Part shown: positions 17,036 through 26,605 of the stretch, one piece after another
Layout: every line of letters starts with the position of its first letter
How positions within the stretch are numbered: the first letter of the stretch is position 1
NCBI GenBank assembly: GCA_965112635.1
Contig: OZ218778.1
Span: forward strand, 1,845,807-1,909,806
Origin: an uncultured bacterium
GTDB lineage: Bacteria > Oederibacteriota > Oederibacteriia > Oederibacteriales > Oederibacteriaceae
DNA: 64,000 bases
Reading direction: 5' to 3'
Translations under genes and position numbers: made by a program
The notes under the pieces: model-generated
Told to the model about the DNA's origin: nothing
Databases searched by the model: none
What the model saw: only the letters and a program-made list of their open reading frames with translations

Positions 17036-18478
17036 ATGATACAGAAAAAGAAATTGTTCCAATTTTCAGCAGTACAAGTTTCCAGGAAAGGAGCCTTGGT
17101 TTTAATTATCGGGCTGGCAGCATTGCTGACTATGGGCATATCCCAGGGAATTTACGCCCAAAACGCGGCGGTTCAGCCGGGTACTACGCCGCAAGCAGTT
17201 GATGCCATGCAACCGGCCATTACAGTGCAGCCAACACCGCAACCCGCTACTATTATACCTAGCAATGCGGTTCAGCCTACAACCTTACAGGTCAATTTGG
17301 GCAATAATGCCAATGTGACCCTGTACGGTGTTATTGACGCCAATATTGCCGACTCAACCGTTGGCGACAGCCATAGTACCGTCCAAACCAGAACCGTGTT
17401 CGGGCAGGGCCTTTTTAACGGCAGCCGCTGGGGTATCAAAGGTTCCCAGGACTTGGGCAACGGCAACAAGGCCATTTTTGACCTGGAGAGCGGTTTTTAC
17501 CTTGGTACCGCGGTTGCGGACCAGCAGGGCCAGTTGTTCGGCCGTCAGGCTTGGGTGGGTCTGGAAAGCAGCACCCTGGGGCAGTTGACGATGGGCCGTA
17601 CTTACGGTACTTTTTCCGATGCCATCGGGCTCGGAGACGTGTTTACCGCGGCCCATGGCAATTTGGTGCTCTACAAACCCTCTGCTCCCGGCACTGCCGC
17701 GGGTAACTACGGCGGAACTTTTGGGCAGGAAGACACGTTTTTTGAGAACTACTCCGGCCTGCGCTGGGATGAATCGGTCAAGTATACCGGCAAATTCTGG
17801 GGCGTGACCGTTGGCGGGCAGTACGCGTTCGGCAACCCGGCCGGCGATCTTGACGGCAACTGCATGTATGCCGCCAGCCTGGGATACGACATGGAAAAAC
17901 TAAAAGCCGTGGCTTCTTTCCAGAATGAGAATGACGGCATGGGCCGTAACCACCATGATGTCGGCGGCGGCCTGCAATGCAGCTGCATCCCGGCAGTTCA
18001 GCTTTATGGTTTCTACTTCCAGTCGAACTATGACAGGGGATTTGGGAACATCACCGTGGGTGATGAAATGATCGCGGGAACCGCCGTCACGACGACAGGG
18101 ATCGGTTCAACCGCTGTCGGCACCAACTCCGAGCTTTCCGGACCGGCTTCGGACCGCCAGGACCAAGTGCTGAACGTCGCGGCCAAATACGCCCCGGCAA
18201 GCGATTGGGAGTTTACCGCTTCTTATTTCAACGATTTTGCCTGCAATGTTGAGAGCGAAGGCGACTCCGGTACGCGTGATACCTATATGCTCGTAGCCGA
18301 TTATTACCTCAGCAAACAGAGCGACATTTATGCCGCCTATGCTTACAGCAACCTCACCGGTGTTGTTGACGGCACCGTGGCCGGGCAGACGAATTACTCG
18401 GCTGCTTCCGGAATGTTTGCCGCTGATGGCGTCAATGTGGCCCAACTCTATACCTTGGGCACTCGTTACCGCTTCTAG
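17036..18478 (+). CDS. General outer-membrane porin (Gram-negative Porin_4 / Neisseria-Burkholderia type)
   Basis: Signal peptide, then NVTLYGVIDANIA..GSRWGIKGSQDLGNGNKAIFDLESGF..RQAWVGLES...C-terminal YTLGTRYRF. AAGGAGG RBS at 17023-17029. Confidence 0.75.
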   Translation: MIQKKKLFQFSAVQVSRKGALVLIIGLAALLTMGISQGIYAQNAAVQPGTTPQAVDAMQPAITVQPTPQPATIIPSNAVQPTTLQVNLGNNANVTLYGVIDANIADSTVGDSHSTVQTRTVFGQGLFNGSRWGIKGSQDLGNGNKAIFDLESGFYLGTAVADQQGQLFGRQAWVGLESSTLGQLTMGRTYGTFSDAIGLGDVFTAAHGNLVLYKPSAPGTAAGNYGGTFGQEDTFFENYSGLRWDESVKYTGKFWGVTVGGQYAFGNPAGDLDGNCMYAASLGYDMEKLKAVASFQNENDGMGRNHHDVGGGLQCSCIPAVQLYGFYFQSNYDRGFGNITVGDEMIAGTAVTTTGIGSTAVGTNSELSGPASDRQDQVLNVAAKYAPASDWEFTASYFNDFACNVESEGDSGTRDTYMLVADYYLSKQSDIYAAYAYSNLTGVVDGTVAGQTNYSAASGMFAADGVNVAQLYTLGTRYRF

Positions 18479-18502
18479 ATCTATTTTTTACCTGACAAAA
18501 AA

Positions 18503-18535
18503 GCCCCTGTATTCAAGCACAGGGGCTTTTTTTTG
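18503..18535 (+). terminator. Rho-independent terminator after the porin gene
   Basis: gcccctgt-attcaagc-acaggggc stem-loop followed by TTTTTTTT. Confidence 0.7.
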
Positions 18536-18754
18536 AAAACCAGGTATTTTTGGATGACAAGAGCATGGTTGTTTTTCCTTGGATTTACTTTGTAAAACGA
18601 CAATTCCTGTCATTAAAACAGTGACAAAAATATTTTTGGTATATACTCGCTAAACACGTTTTCTTTGTCTAGAATAACAGTGTTTTTAAATTTTAAAATC
18701 AGGACTGCCCAGGGACCTTTCATAAAAATGCGGCAGCCTATTAAAGGAGCAAAG

Positions 18755-20347
18755 ATGCCGAATTATAAGATCATAGTCCTGGATCCACTAGCCGAGGAAG
18801 GGCTACAGGCCTTAAAAGCCGAGAAGGACATCGAGGTGGAGGTTAAACTCAAGCTGCCTCCCGAGGAGATCAAGAAGATCATTGGCGGCTATGACGCCGC
18901 CATTGTCCGGAGCGAGACCAAGCTAACGGCAGATGTTCTGGAGGCCGGAAAAAAATTAAAGATCGTGGGCCGGGCCGGTGTAGGTTTAGACAATATCGAT
19001 ATAGCTGCCGCTACCCAAAGAGGGATCATTGTCACCAACTCGCCGGATGCCAATACCCTGTCCACGGCCGAGCTGACCATGAGCATGATCCTGGCCTTAT
19101 CCCGCAAGATCGTCCAGGCTGACGCGTCGCTAAGAGCGGGCAAGTGGGAACGCAGCAAATTTACCGGCGTGGAACTCTATGACAAAACTCTTGGGATCGT
19201 GGGACTGGGCCGTATCGGCAAGGAAGTGGCCAAGCGGGCCATGTCCTTCGGGATGCAGGTCATTGGCTATGACCCCTATGTGACCGAAGAGCAGGCGAAA
19301 AAAGTTCAGATAGAGCTAGTTCCTATGGAAGAGATCATCAAAAGGTCGGATTTTATCACGGTCCATGTGCCTTTGACCAAGGACACCACCAAGCTCTTCG
19401 GGGCCAAGGAAATGAGTCAAATGAAAAAGGGCGTCAGGCTCATCAACTGCGCGCGCGGAGGTATTTATGATGAGAAGGCGCTTTTTGATGCCTTGCAGAG
19501 CGGGCAGGTGGCTGGCGTGGCTCTCGATGTTTATGAAAAGGAGCCACCCGTGGATAATCCTCTCCTGACCCTAGCCAATGTGGTCGTGGTCCCGCATTTG
19601 GGCGCTTCCACGGAAGAGGCCCAGAAAAAGGTCGGCAAACAGATCGCCGAGCAGATTATTGCGGGATTAAAGGGGGGGCCAAACTTGAGAGCGGTCAACG
19701 TGCCGTCCATCGACCCGGTCCTTCTCAAGGAGCTTAAACCCTACCTGGATCTCACGGAAAAGCTCGGCCGATTCATTGCCCAGCTGGCAGAAGGGCCCAT
19801 CAAAACCCTCAAGATCGTTTATTCCGGGGATGTCCTGCATTATGACCTGTCGCCTTTGACCGTCAGCGGCCTCAAGGGGGTATTGGAAGTACAGATCAAG
19901 GAAGCGGTTAATTTTGTCAACGCCGGAGTGATCGCCAAACAGCGCGGCCTCGAGGTCGTGGAGTCCCGAAGCACCCAACCCACCGATTATTCCAGTTTGA
20001 TCTCCTTTAAAGCTGAGGGGGAGGGCGGCAAGAGTTTCGTGGTTTCAGGGACCCTGCATGATAAAAAGGACCCCCGCTTTGTGAACATAAACGGCTATGA
20101 CACGGATGTGGAGCCGACCCAATATATGATAGTGCTGTCCCACTTGGACAAGCCCGGCATCGTCGGTCACCTGGGCACCATTTTAGGGGCCCATCAGGTC
20201 AATATCGCAGGTCTTTATGTGGGCCGGGAAAAGATCGGCGGCAAGGCCGTGGCGGTCCTGACCGTGGATACTGAAGTTTCCGGGGAAGTCCTAGGGGAGC
20301 TTTCTAAACATAAGAATATAGAAAAGGTCCGTCTGGTCAGGATGTAA
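18755..20347 (+). CDS. serA: D-3-phosphoglycerate dehydrogenase with C-terminal ACT domain
   Basis: MPNYKIIVLDPLAEEGL...GRAGVGLDNIDIAAATQRGIIVTNSP...GIVGLGRIGKEVAKRA (NAD Rossmann) plus an ACT domain at the C-terminus; AAAGGAG RBS. The ORF-track start at 18665 is probably leader sequence. Confidence 0.85.
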   Translation: MPNYKIIVLDPLAEEGLQALKAEKDIEVEVKLKLPPEEIKKIIGGYDAAIVRSETKLTADVLEAGKKLKIVGRAGVGLDNIDIAAATQRGIIVTNSPDANTLSTAELTMSMILALSRKIVQADASLRAGKWERSKFTGVELYDKTLGIVGLGRIGKEVAKRAMSFGMQVIGYDPYVTEEQAKKVQIELVPMEEIIKRSDFITVHVPLTKDTTKLFGAKEMSQMKKGVRLINCARGGIYDEKALFDALQSGQVAGVALDVYEKEPPVDNPLLTLANVVVVPHLGASTEEAQKKVGKQIAEQIIAGLKGGPNLRAVNVPSIDPVLLKELKPYLDLTEKLGRFIAQLAEGPIKTLKIVYSGDVLHYDLSPLTVSGLKGVLEVQIKEAVNFVNAGVIAKQRGLEVVESRSTQPTDYSSLISFKAEGEGGKSFVVSGTLHDKKDPRFVNINGYDTDVEPTQYMIVLSHLDKPGIVGHLGTILGAHQVNIAGLYVGREKIGGKAVAVLTVDTEVSGEVLGELSKHKNIEKVRLVRM

Positions 20348-20389
20348 TCCCCTGTAAACAAGGGGTGTCCGGTGCTTCAGGCCCTTCCC

Positions 20390-20418
20390 TTGACAGGGAA
20401 GGGCGAGGAGCATAAAAT
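20390..20418 (+). promoter_or_regulatory. sigma70-like promoter candidate for purA (TTGACA-17-TAAAAT)
   Basis: ttgaca at 20390-20395 and taaaat at 20413-20418 with a 17-nt spacer. Confidence 0.45.
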
Positions 20419-20502
20419 ACTTTTGGTTTCAGGGTATTTAAAAGAGGTGTCTCGGTTAGGGCGCCTCTTTTTTTGTGCGCATTTCATTTCCAAAGGGGTC
20501 TT

Positions 20503-21798
20503 ATGGCCAATATTGTCGTGGTGGGTTCCCAGTGGGGTGACGAGGGCAAAGGAAAAATAGTCGACTTCTTGACCAGCAAAGCCGACGTGGTTGCCAGATA
20601 CCAGGGCGGCAGCAACGCAGGCCATGAGGTGGTGGTAGGGGACGAACATTATGTCCTGCATCTTATTCCTTCCGGAATCCTCCATAAAGGCAAAGTCTGC
20701 CTCATCGGCAACGGCGTGGTCATCGACCCCAAGGCCCTTCTGGAGGAGATGTTGGACCTCCAAAAAAAGGGTTTCCGCATCCAGGGCAACCTGTTCATCA
20801 GCGAAGCAGCCCATGTGACCTTTCCTTACCACCGGGTCCTGGACGAGGCCAAAGAAATGAAGCGGGGTGGAACCCGCATCGGCACGACCCATCGCGGTAT
20901 TGGGCCGACCTATTCGGACAAGATGGGCAGGGTCGGCATCCGCGTGATAGACCTGATGGAGCCAAGGACCCTCAAAGCCAAACTTTACAAAAATGTTGAA
21001 GAGAAGAACGCTTTGTTCGCCCACTTTTACGGGATCAAACCCCTTTCAGCCAAAAAGATCTACCGGGAATACCTCGGCTACGCGAAAAAACTCCGACCTT
21101 TGGTGGCAGACACTTCGGTGTTGCTGGACCAGGCCTTTAAAAAAGGCAAAAGCGTCCTGCTAGAGGGCGCCCAGGGCACCTTTCTGGATGTTGATTTTGG
21201 GACCTATCCTTTTGTTACGGCTTCCAACCCGATTGCCGGAGGAGCCTGCATTGGCCTGGGGTTTGGACCCAGCAAAGTGGACAAGGTCATCGGCGTGATG
21301 AAGGCCTATACAACCAGAGTCGGTTTTGGGCCTTTCCCCACGGAGTTCCCGGCCAAGCTGGGGGAGCAGGTCAGAGAAAAGGGAAATGAATACGGCCGGA
21401 CGACTGGCCGGGCGAGACGGTGCGGCTGGCTGGACCTGGTTCTCCTCAAAAGGGCGGTCAGGGTCAATGGCTTGACCGGGATTGCGGTCACCAAGCTGGA
21501 CATCCTAGATGATATGGCCAAGATCAAGATTTGCGTGGCCTACCGTTGCGGAGGGAAGGTCTTCAGAGAGTTCCCCAACAGCTATAGCATGGTAGAAAAG
21601 GCCAAGCCACTATATATAGAAATGCCGGGATGGCAAAGATCCACGGAAAACGTGACCTCCTACCGCGAACTCCCGGTTCAGGCCAGGAGGTATCTGGAAA
21701 AAGTGGCTTCCTTTGTTGGCACCAAAATCTCATTGATCTCGGTCGGGGCCAAGAGAGACCAGATCATCGTGCTCGACCCCGGTCTCAAAAAACACTAA
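20503..21798 (+). CDS. purA: Adenylosuccinate synthetase
   Basis: MANIVVVGSQWGDEGKGKIVD..QGGSNAGH..GTTHRGIGPTYSDK..GAQGTFLDVDFGTYPFVT are classic PurA motifs; 431 aa. Confidence 0.9.
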   Translation: MANIVVVGSQWGDEGKGKIVDFLTSKADVVARYQGGSNAGHEVVVGDEHYVLHLIPSGILHKGKVCLIGNGVVIDPKALLEEMLDLQKKGFRIQGNLFISEAAHVTFPYHRVLDEAKEMKRGGTRIGTTHRGIGPTYSDKMGRVGIRVIDLMEPRTLKAKLYKNVEEKNALFAHFYGIKPLSAKKIYREYLGYAKKLRPLVADTSVLLDQAFKKGKSVLLEGAQGTFLDVDFGTYPFVTASNPIAGGACIGLGFGPSKVDKVIGVMKAYTTRVGFGPFPTEFPAKLGEQVREKGNEYGRTTGRARRCGWLDLVLLKRAVRVNGLTGIAVTKLDILDDMAKIKICVAYRCGGKVFREFPNSYSMVEKAKPLYIEMPGWQRSTENVTSYRELPVQARRYLEKVASFVGTKISLISVGAKRDQIIVLDPGLKKH

Positions 21799-21829
21799 TT
21801 TGTAAGAGGTTTATAAAGGACGACTTAAA

Positions 21830-23122
21830 GTGAAGTTCATCCGTTTTTCCTTTTATGTATGGTTATTCCTGTTGTGCGCCCCTGCTTTGGCCCAAAATCA
21901 GACCGCCACGCCGATCGATCCCCATTGTGCCCAATTAGCCGAAAAGCATTACCAACAAGGTTTGTCGTTTTGGGATAGAGATTGGAGGAAAAAGGCCGTT
22001 GAGGAATGGACAGCCGCTTTAAAGCTCAATCCCCAGCACGAAGGGGCGACGAAGAAACTGGATGAGGCCAAACATCCGATTTCCCTGGTTGAAGAAAGTT
22101 ACCAAAAAGGGCTTTCCTTTTATAAGAGCAGCCAGCTTGACGACGCCCAGAGCCAATGGTCGAACGCCTTAAAGATAGATCCGACTTTTGCCAAGGCCAA
22201 GACCGCCATGGCCATGCTGGCCGAAGAGAAATATCAGGAAGATCGTAATGTGCCTTTTGATGAGTTGGTCCAAAGTAGTTATGAAGAGGCTATGAAATTA
22301 TTCCGGCAGGAGAAATATCCAGAGGCTCTGGTCAAGCTCAAGGAGGCAGCTAAGATGGGGCCCAACCAGCCGCAAGTAAATCTTTTATTAAAGAGATGCC
22401 AGGGAAAAATTGACGCAAAAGAAAATGTTGATTCGATCCTAGAACATACAGCCAAAGCCAGGGAGGCCCAGGCTAAAGCTCTGACCGAGACGGCGCTGGC
22501 CGAGTGGGATGAGGTCCTCAAGCTGGACCCGGATGACAAGGAAGCGCGAAACGCCAAGGAAGTCCTGTCTAGTGCCGTTTTGCAAGAGAATGCTGGACGG
22601 ATCAAGGCTCTCCTGGCCAAGGCCCGGCAACTGGGAGACCAGGGAGACTGGGTAGGCGCGAAGAAATGTTATGAGGATGTCCTGGCTTTGAACCCTGCAG
22701 ATCAGGAAGCCCAGGAGGGGCTGGCGCAGGCCAAGACCAAGCTCGAAGCCAAGAGTGCAACAATAGAGATCGCCAGTCTTTTGAAGCAGGCGCAAGAAGC
22801 CTTTGACCAAAAGGATTTCAGGCAGGCCAAAAAGTTTTACCAGCAGGTCCTAGACCTTGATCCAAAACAGGCCGAGGCCCTGGCGGGCATGGACAGGCTG
22901 AGCGACGAGGAAAACCCCATGTCCTCGGATGCTTTTAAGAACGAACATTACAATAATGGGATAGGCTTATACACCTCGACTAATTACACCGAGGCGCTCA
23001 AGGAGTTCCGGGCCGTTCCAGATAACGATCCGGCCTTTGAACAGGCGCAGAAACACATCAAGTCCATCAAGGCAATCATGGAAGGTCCAAAGGAAGGGGC
23101 CCATGCGACACCAACGCCTTAG
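21830..23122 (+). CDS. Secreted/periplasmic TPR-repeat protein
   Basis: Signal peptide VKFIRFSFYVWLFLLCAPALAQ (GTG start), then repeated W/Y-x-[KE]A-x-x-x-[WYF]-x-x-[AV]L-x-L-[DN]P TPR motifs throughout. Confidence 0.6.
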   Translation: MKFIRFSFYVWLFLLCAPALAQNQTATPIDPHCAQLAEKHYQQGLSFWDRDWRKKAVEEWTAALKLNPQHEGATKKLDEAKHPISLVEESYQKGLSFYKSSQLDDAQSQWSNALKIDPTFAKAKTAMAMLAEEKYQEDRNVPFDELVQSSYEEAMKLFRQEKYPEALVKLKEAAKMGPNQPQVNLLLKRCQGKIDAKENVDSILEHTAKAREAQAKALTETALAEWDEVLKLDPDDKEARNAKEVLSSAVLQENAGRIKALLAKARQLGDQGDWVGAKKCYEDVLALNPADQEAQEGLAQAKTKLEAKSATIEIASLLKQAQEAFDQKDFRQAKKFYQQVLDLDPKQAEALAGMDRLSDEENPMSSDAFKNEHYNNGIGLYTSTNYTEALKEFRAVPDNDPAFEQAQKHIKSIKAIMEGPKEGAHATPTP

Positions 23123-25046
23123 CATTCTCTGTCTGTCCGCCTGTCTAGTGCTGTTCTGTATGGGCGGCGCAAGCACGGACAAACCGGCGAACAAATTCTT
23201 TTCCCTTAAGCAAAAGGACGGCAGGACCTGGTTGGCCGACCCGGACGGTAAGATCTTTTACAGTATGGGGGTCAACATGGTGGTGCCTTCGGATTATTCG
23301 CCCGACAGCCAGGCCAAATTCTACACCTGGCTTAAAAAACATCTCTATTTTCTGAGCCGGGAGGAGTGGGGGAAATCGGCGGTGGAACAGGTGAAAAAGT
23401 TCGGGTTCAACACCCTGGGCGCTTGGTCCGACGAAGTCACCTTTCACAAGGGCCTTCCTTTCACAGTGGACATGGGGCTCACGGCCGAAAAAGGTGAGGA
23501 ACAGGAAAGCGGCCAGGCTTCCAATCTGGTGGATGTATTCGACCCGGTTTGGGAAAGCATGGTCCATAAAAAAGTGGTCAGTGTGGTGGAGCTCTACAAG
23601 GACGACCCCGACCTCATCGGCTATTTCACGGACAACGAACTTCCGTGGTACGGTTCCAAAGACCAATACACGGCCGGGCCGGACCTTTTTAACCAATACT
23701 TGTCTCTTCCAGCCGAGGCGCCGGGCAAGAAGTTTTTGATCCAGTTCCTGATGGATCGTTACCATTCCGACATCCAACAGATCAACGCGGCCTGGAAGAC
23801 GGAGATGTCCAATTTCGAGAACCTAGGGGGCCCCCAGCTGCTGAGCAAGACCGAAGCGGCCGTGATCAGGGACAGCCGGGATTTCGAGGCGCTCGTGTTC
23901 AATAAATATTTTGAGATCACCACCAAGGCCATCCGTGCTATCGATCCCAACCACCTCATTCTCGGATGCCGTTTCCTGGAAAAGGTGCCTGACGACGCCG
24001 TTGCGGCTTGCGGGAAATACTGCGACATCGTTTCGGTCAACCATTTCAGCGGGTCGGGCCGGGTCAACCGCCACCTGCTGGACCGGATCTTCCTGGTCTC
24101 CGGCAAACCGATATTGATCACGGAGTTCTCTTTCCGGGCCACCGAAAACCAGAGCAACGACAGGAACCTCGTGGGGCCGAGCGTGACGGTCAAGACCCAG
24201 AAAGAACGCGCGGAACACTACAGAAGTTATGTTTTGAGCGCCCTGCCGCTCCCCTATGTGGTCGGCTGTCACTGGTACCAGTTCTTTGACGACCCGGACC
24301 TGGGGAGATGGGACGGCGAGGACAGCAATTTTGGCCTCGTGGACGTGGAGGGGAAGGAATACGAGGACCTTAAAAAAGCCGCAATCGAGCTGAATAGCGC
24401 AGCGATCAAGACCAGGATGGAAAGCCCGGTCTATTCTTTTCCTTTGACCGCAACAGGGCAGGCCAATAATCCCGCGGGTCTGACCCAGGTCCACAACGCG
24501 GATGAGTTCAAGGTCTTCAATGATTTCACCCAGCCGTCCCCTGATACCCAGGTCTGGATAGACAAGGCGCGGGGCGGGGTTTGTTCCTGGGAAAACGCAG
24601 GCGGAAGCCTCAAGCTGACCTATGATCCAGGCAAGGGCAAAGGAATTAAAGTAAGTATTTTCTCCAGCATGGGAGAGGCGGCGGATAAAAGCAAGAACAT
24701 GTCCGGGATGGGCGTCCTCAGCTTCACAGCCAGCCTTCCTCAGGACACGGTTTTCTACTTATTTATCAACGAGTCCGGTTTTGATGCTGCAGCCAGTGCC
24801 GGGTTTAAAGGGGTAGCCGGCGCGGATGGCGAATCCTTTGGGATCACCCACAGGCTTTACGGGCGTGGAGGGGATGCGGTATCCTATGTGGTCCCGCTGG
24901 TTGATTTTGAGCAGCGCTGGGAAGCTGGCAACCAAGAGGGAAACCAAACCTTGGATCTCCAGGCTATCAAGTCTGTGGACCTGTATATTCCCGGAGGCCA
25001 GTCGGCCGGGGTCGCGGTTATCAAGAGCGTTTATTTTACCCGTTGA
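23103..25046 (+). CDS. Putative secreted clan GH-A-like (TIM-barrel) glycoside hydrolase with a C-terminal beta-sandwich domain
   Basis: Signal peptide MRHQRLSILCLSACLVLFCMGGAS. Candidate acid/base FTDNELPW and nucleophile PILITEFSF motifs spaced as in retaining 4/7 hydrolases. Family not assignable by eye. Confidence 0.35.
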   Translation: MRHQRLSILCLSACLVLFCMGGASTDKPANKFFSLKQKDGRTWLADPDGKIFYSMGVNMVVPSDYSPDSQAKFYTWLKKHLYFLSREEWGKSAVEQVKKFGFNTLGAWSDEVTFHKGLPFTVDMGLTAEKGEEQESGQASNLVDVFDPVWESMVHKKVVSVVELYKDDPDLIGYFTDNELPWYGSKDQYTAGPDLFNQYLSLPAEAPGKKFLIQFLMDRYHSDIQQINAAWKTEMSNFENLGGPQLLSKTEAAVIRDSRDFEALVFNKYFEITTKAIRAIDPNHLILGCRFLEKVPDDAVAACGKYCDIVSVNHFSGSGRVNRHLLDRIFLVSGKPILITEFSFRATENQSNDRNLVGPSVTVKTQKERAEHYRSYVLSALPLPYVVGCHWYQFFDDPDLGRWDGEDSNFGLVDVEGKEYEDLKKAAIELNSAAIKTRMESPVYSFPLTATGQANNPAGLTQVHNADEFKVFNDFTQPSPDTQVWIDKARGGVCSWENAGGSLKLTYDPGKGKGIKVSIFSSMGEAADKSKNMSGMGVLSFTASLPQDTVFYLFINESGFDAAASAGFKGVAGADGESFGITHRLYGRGGDAVSYVVPLVDFEQRWEAGNQEGNQTLDLQAIKSVDLYIPGGQSAGVAVIKSVYFTR

Positions 25047-25103
25047 GACTTCTAATAAAAGCTCGCGAAAGGAGGCGTTATTTTGCAGGTCAAAGCTGGT
25101 GTG

Positions 25104-25649
25104 ATGGGCGCGGCGGGAGGGAAAATGTCCGCTGAAGCCAAGAAGAAATCCTATATGCTGGGCCGTGCCTTAGCTGAGGCCGGTTGCGTCGTGGTCACGG
25201 GAGGATGTCCCGGCCTGCCCTCAGAGGCCACCCGCGGGGCCAAATATGCCGGGGGCCTGACCCTGGGCATTTCTCCGGGCCTTAATCTCCAGGAACATGT
25301 GGAGCTTTACAAGTCTCCCACAGAATACCTGGATATCCTCATTTTCACCGGGTCGGGCTTGATGGGCCGAGAAGTCATCGGCGTCAGGAGCTGCGACATT
25401 ATCTTCATCGTAGGGGGTCGTTCCGGCACCCTGGGTGAGTTCAGTATCGCCTACGACGAGGGGCTGCCCATCGGAGTTTTAGAAGGGACGGGCGGCATCA
25501 CCCTGGGCTTGAGGCAGGTGCAAAAGCTCGTCAACAAGAAAACGGGCAGCGTGGTGCTTTACGACAAAGACCCCTACCAGCTGGTACGGCGGCTACTCAA
25601 AGAGCATGAAAAACACAAAATCAGAAAGATCAATTATTCCGCGGGGTAA
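25104..25649 (+). CDS. LOG/TIGR00725-family Rossmann-fold protein
   Basis: GRALAEAGCVVVTGGCPGLPSEATRGA...IFTGSGLMGREV..IIFIVGGRSGTLGEFSIAYDEGLPIGVL matches the LOG-like GGxxGxMxA / GGxGTxxE pattern. Confidence 0.55.
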   Translation: MGAAGGKMSAEAKKKSYMLGRALAEAGCVVVTGGCPGLPSEATRGAKYAGGLTLGISPGLNLQEHVELYKSPTEYLDILIFTGSGLMGREVIGVRSCDIIFIVGGRSGTLGEFSIAYDEGLPIGVLEGTGGITLGLRQVQKLVNKKTGSVVLYDKDPYQLVRRLLKEHEKHKIRKINYSAG

Positions 25650-26511
25650 ATTTTTCCTCTTTTTTTGTCTGGCTGTCATAACGCCATGCCTGGCTTGGGC
25701 CGGGGACAGGGTCTATTTTGATGTTCCCAATGCCCGGTATAACGCCGGAGATACCATCCTTGTGAAATACCAGACAAGCCGCAGGCCGTCCTTCCCGCGT
25801 CTTAAATTCCTCGGGCAAAATATCTCCCTTTATCTGGCTAAACAAGGCCCCAAAGGCCGGTTGTATCAAGGGCTGGTGGGAATACCTGTGGAGACCAAAC
25901 CCGGCAGGTATGCTTTGGATCTTAGCTTGGACCCCAAGAACAAGCTTATGGATATCCACCAAACCATAGAGGTCGGCAAAGAGGGGCTTCCCGCCAAATT
26001 GGTCAAGCTCCAGGTCCCCTCCCTGACCGCTCAAGGTTTGGAGGTGCTGTCCAAGGAAACAGGACAGCTGAAAAAAACCATTAAATCCAAACCGCGGGAC
26101 AGGATGTGGAGAGGGACCTTCATCATCCCGGTAAAAGGCAGGATCTCAGGCTATTTCGGGGAAAAAAGGGTTTATAACAAAGGTTTGGCTACCTGGTATC
26201 ACAAGGGAGTAGATATCGCGGCGCCAGCCAATACTCCCATCAAGGCTTCCAACCGGGGCGTGGTGATCCTGGCCGAGAAATTACAGGAGCACGGCAACAC
26301 GGTCATGATCGACCACGGCCTGGGCGTGAACAGCATTTACCTGCACCTCGGCAGGCTTAAGGTCAAGCCCGGCCAGACCGTGGCCAAGGGTCAGGTCATC
26401 GGCCTGGTAGGCACATCGGGCATTTCCACAGGTAATCATTTGCACTGGGGCATCCAGGTCCACGGAGTAGCGGTCAATCCGGTGCAATGGCTGAAAAAGA
26501 CCTTTTTCTGA
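25606..26511 (+). CDS. M23-family (LytM) metallopeptidase, secreted
   Basis: Signal peptide. WYHKGVDIAAPANTPIKASNRGVV..HGNTVMIDHGLGVNSIYLHL..GQVIGLVGTSGISTGNHLHWGIQVHG matches the HxxxD / HLH M23 signature. Overlaps the LOG gene by 44 nt. Confidence 0.8.
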   Translation: MKNTKSERSIIPRGKFFLFFCLAVITPCLAWAGDRVYFDVPNARYNAGDTILVKYQTSRRPSFPRLKFLGQNISLYLAKQGPKGRLYQGLVGIPVETKPGRYALDLSLDPKNKLMDIHQTIEVGKEGLPAKLVKLQVPSLTAQGLEVLSKETGQLKKTIKSKPRDRMWRGTFIIPVKGRISGYFGEKRVYNKGLATWYHKGVDIAAPANTPIKASNRGVVILAEKLQEHGNTVMIDHGLGVNSIYLHLGRLKVKPGQTVAKGQVIGLVGTSGISTGNHLHWGIQVHGVAVNPVQWLKKTFF

Positions 26512-26534
26512 ACTTCCTCGCCGGGTTGTATCTG

Positions 26535-26563
26535 TTGGAAAAGGGTGCAGGCGGGTCTATAAT
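26535..26563 (+). promoter_or_regulatory. Near-consensus sigma70 promoter upstream of secA (TTGGAA-17-TATAAT)
   Basis: ttggaa at 26535-26540, exact tataat at 26558-26563, 17-nt spacer; secA ATG lies 43 nt downstream. Confidence 0.55.
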
Positions 26564-26605
26564 GATTAATCCGTAATTTTAAGCGATGACGCGAAAGGAT
26601 TTTTG

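Noticed and set aside
18665-18754. Upstream 30-codon extension of serA
   Set aside because: It contains the promoter-like gtgaca..tatact and an AAAGGAG RBS positioned for ATG 18755; MPNYKIIVLD is the typical SerA N-terminus.
20377-21024. 215-aa minus-strand ORF overlapping the purA 5' half, and small plus ORF 20372..20560
   Set aside because: purA motifs are continuous on the plus strand; the overlapping ORFs have no RBS or conservation signal and lie across the promoter and leader.
23145-24494. Minus-strand ORFs of 210 and 223 aa
   Set aside because: Antisense to the putative glycoside hydrolase gene; no start context.
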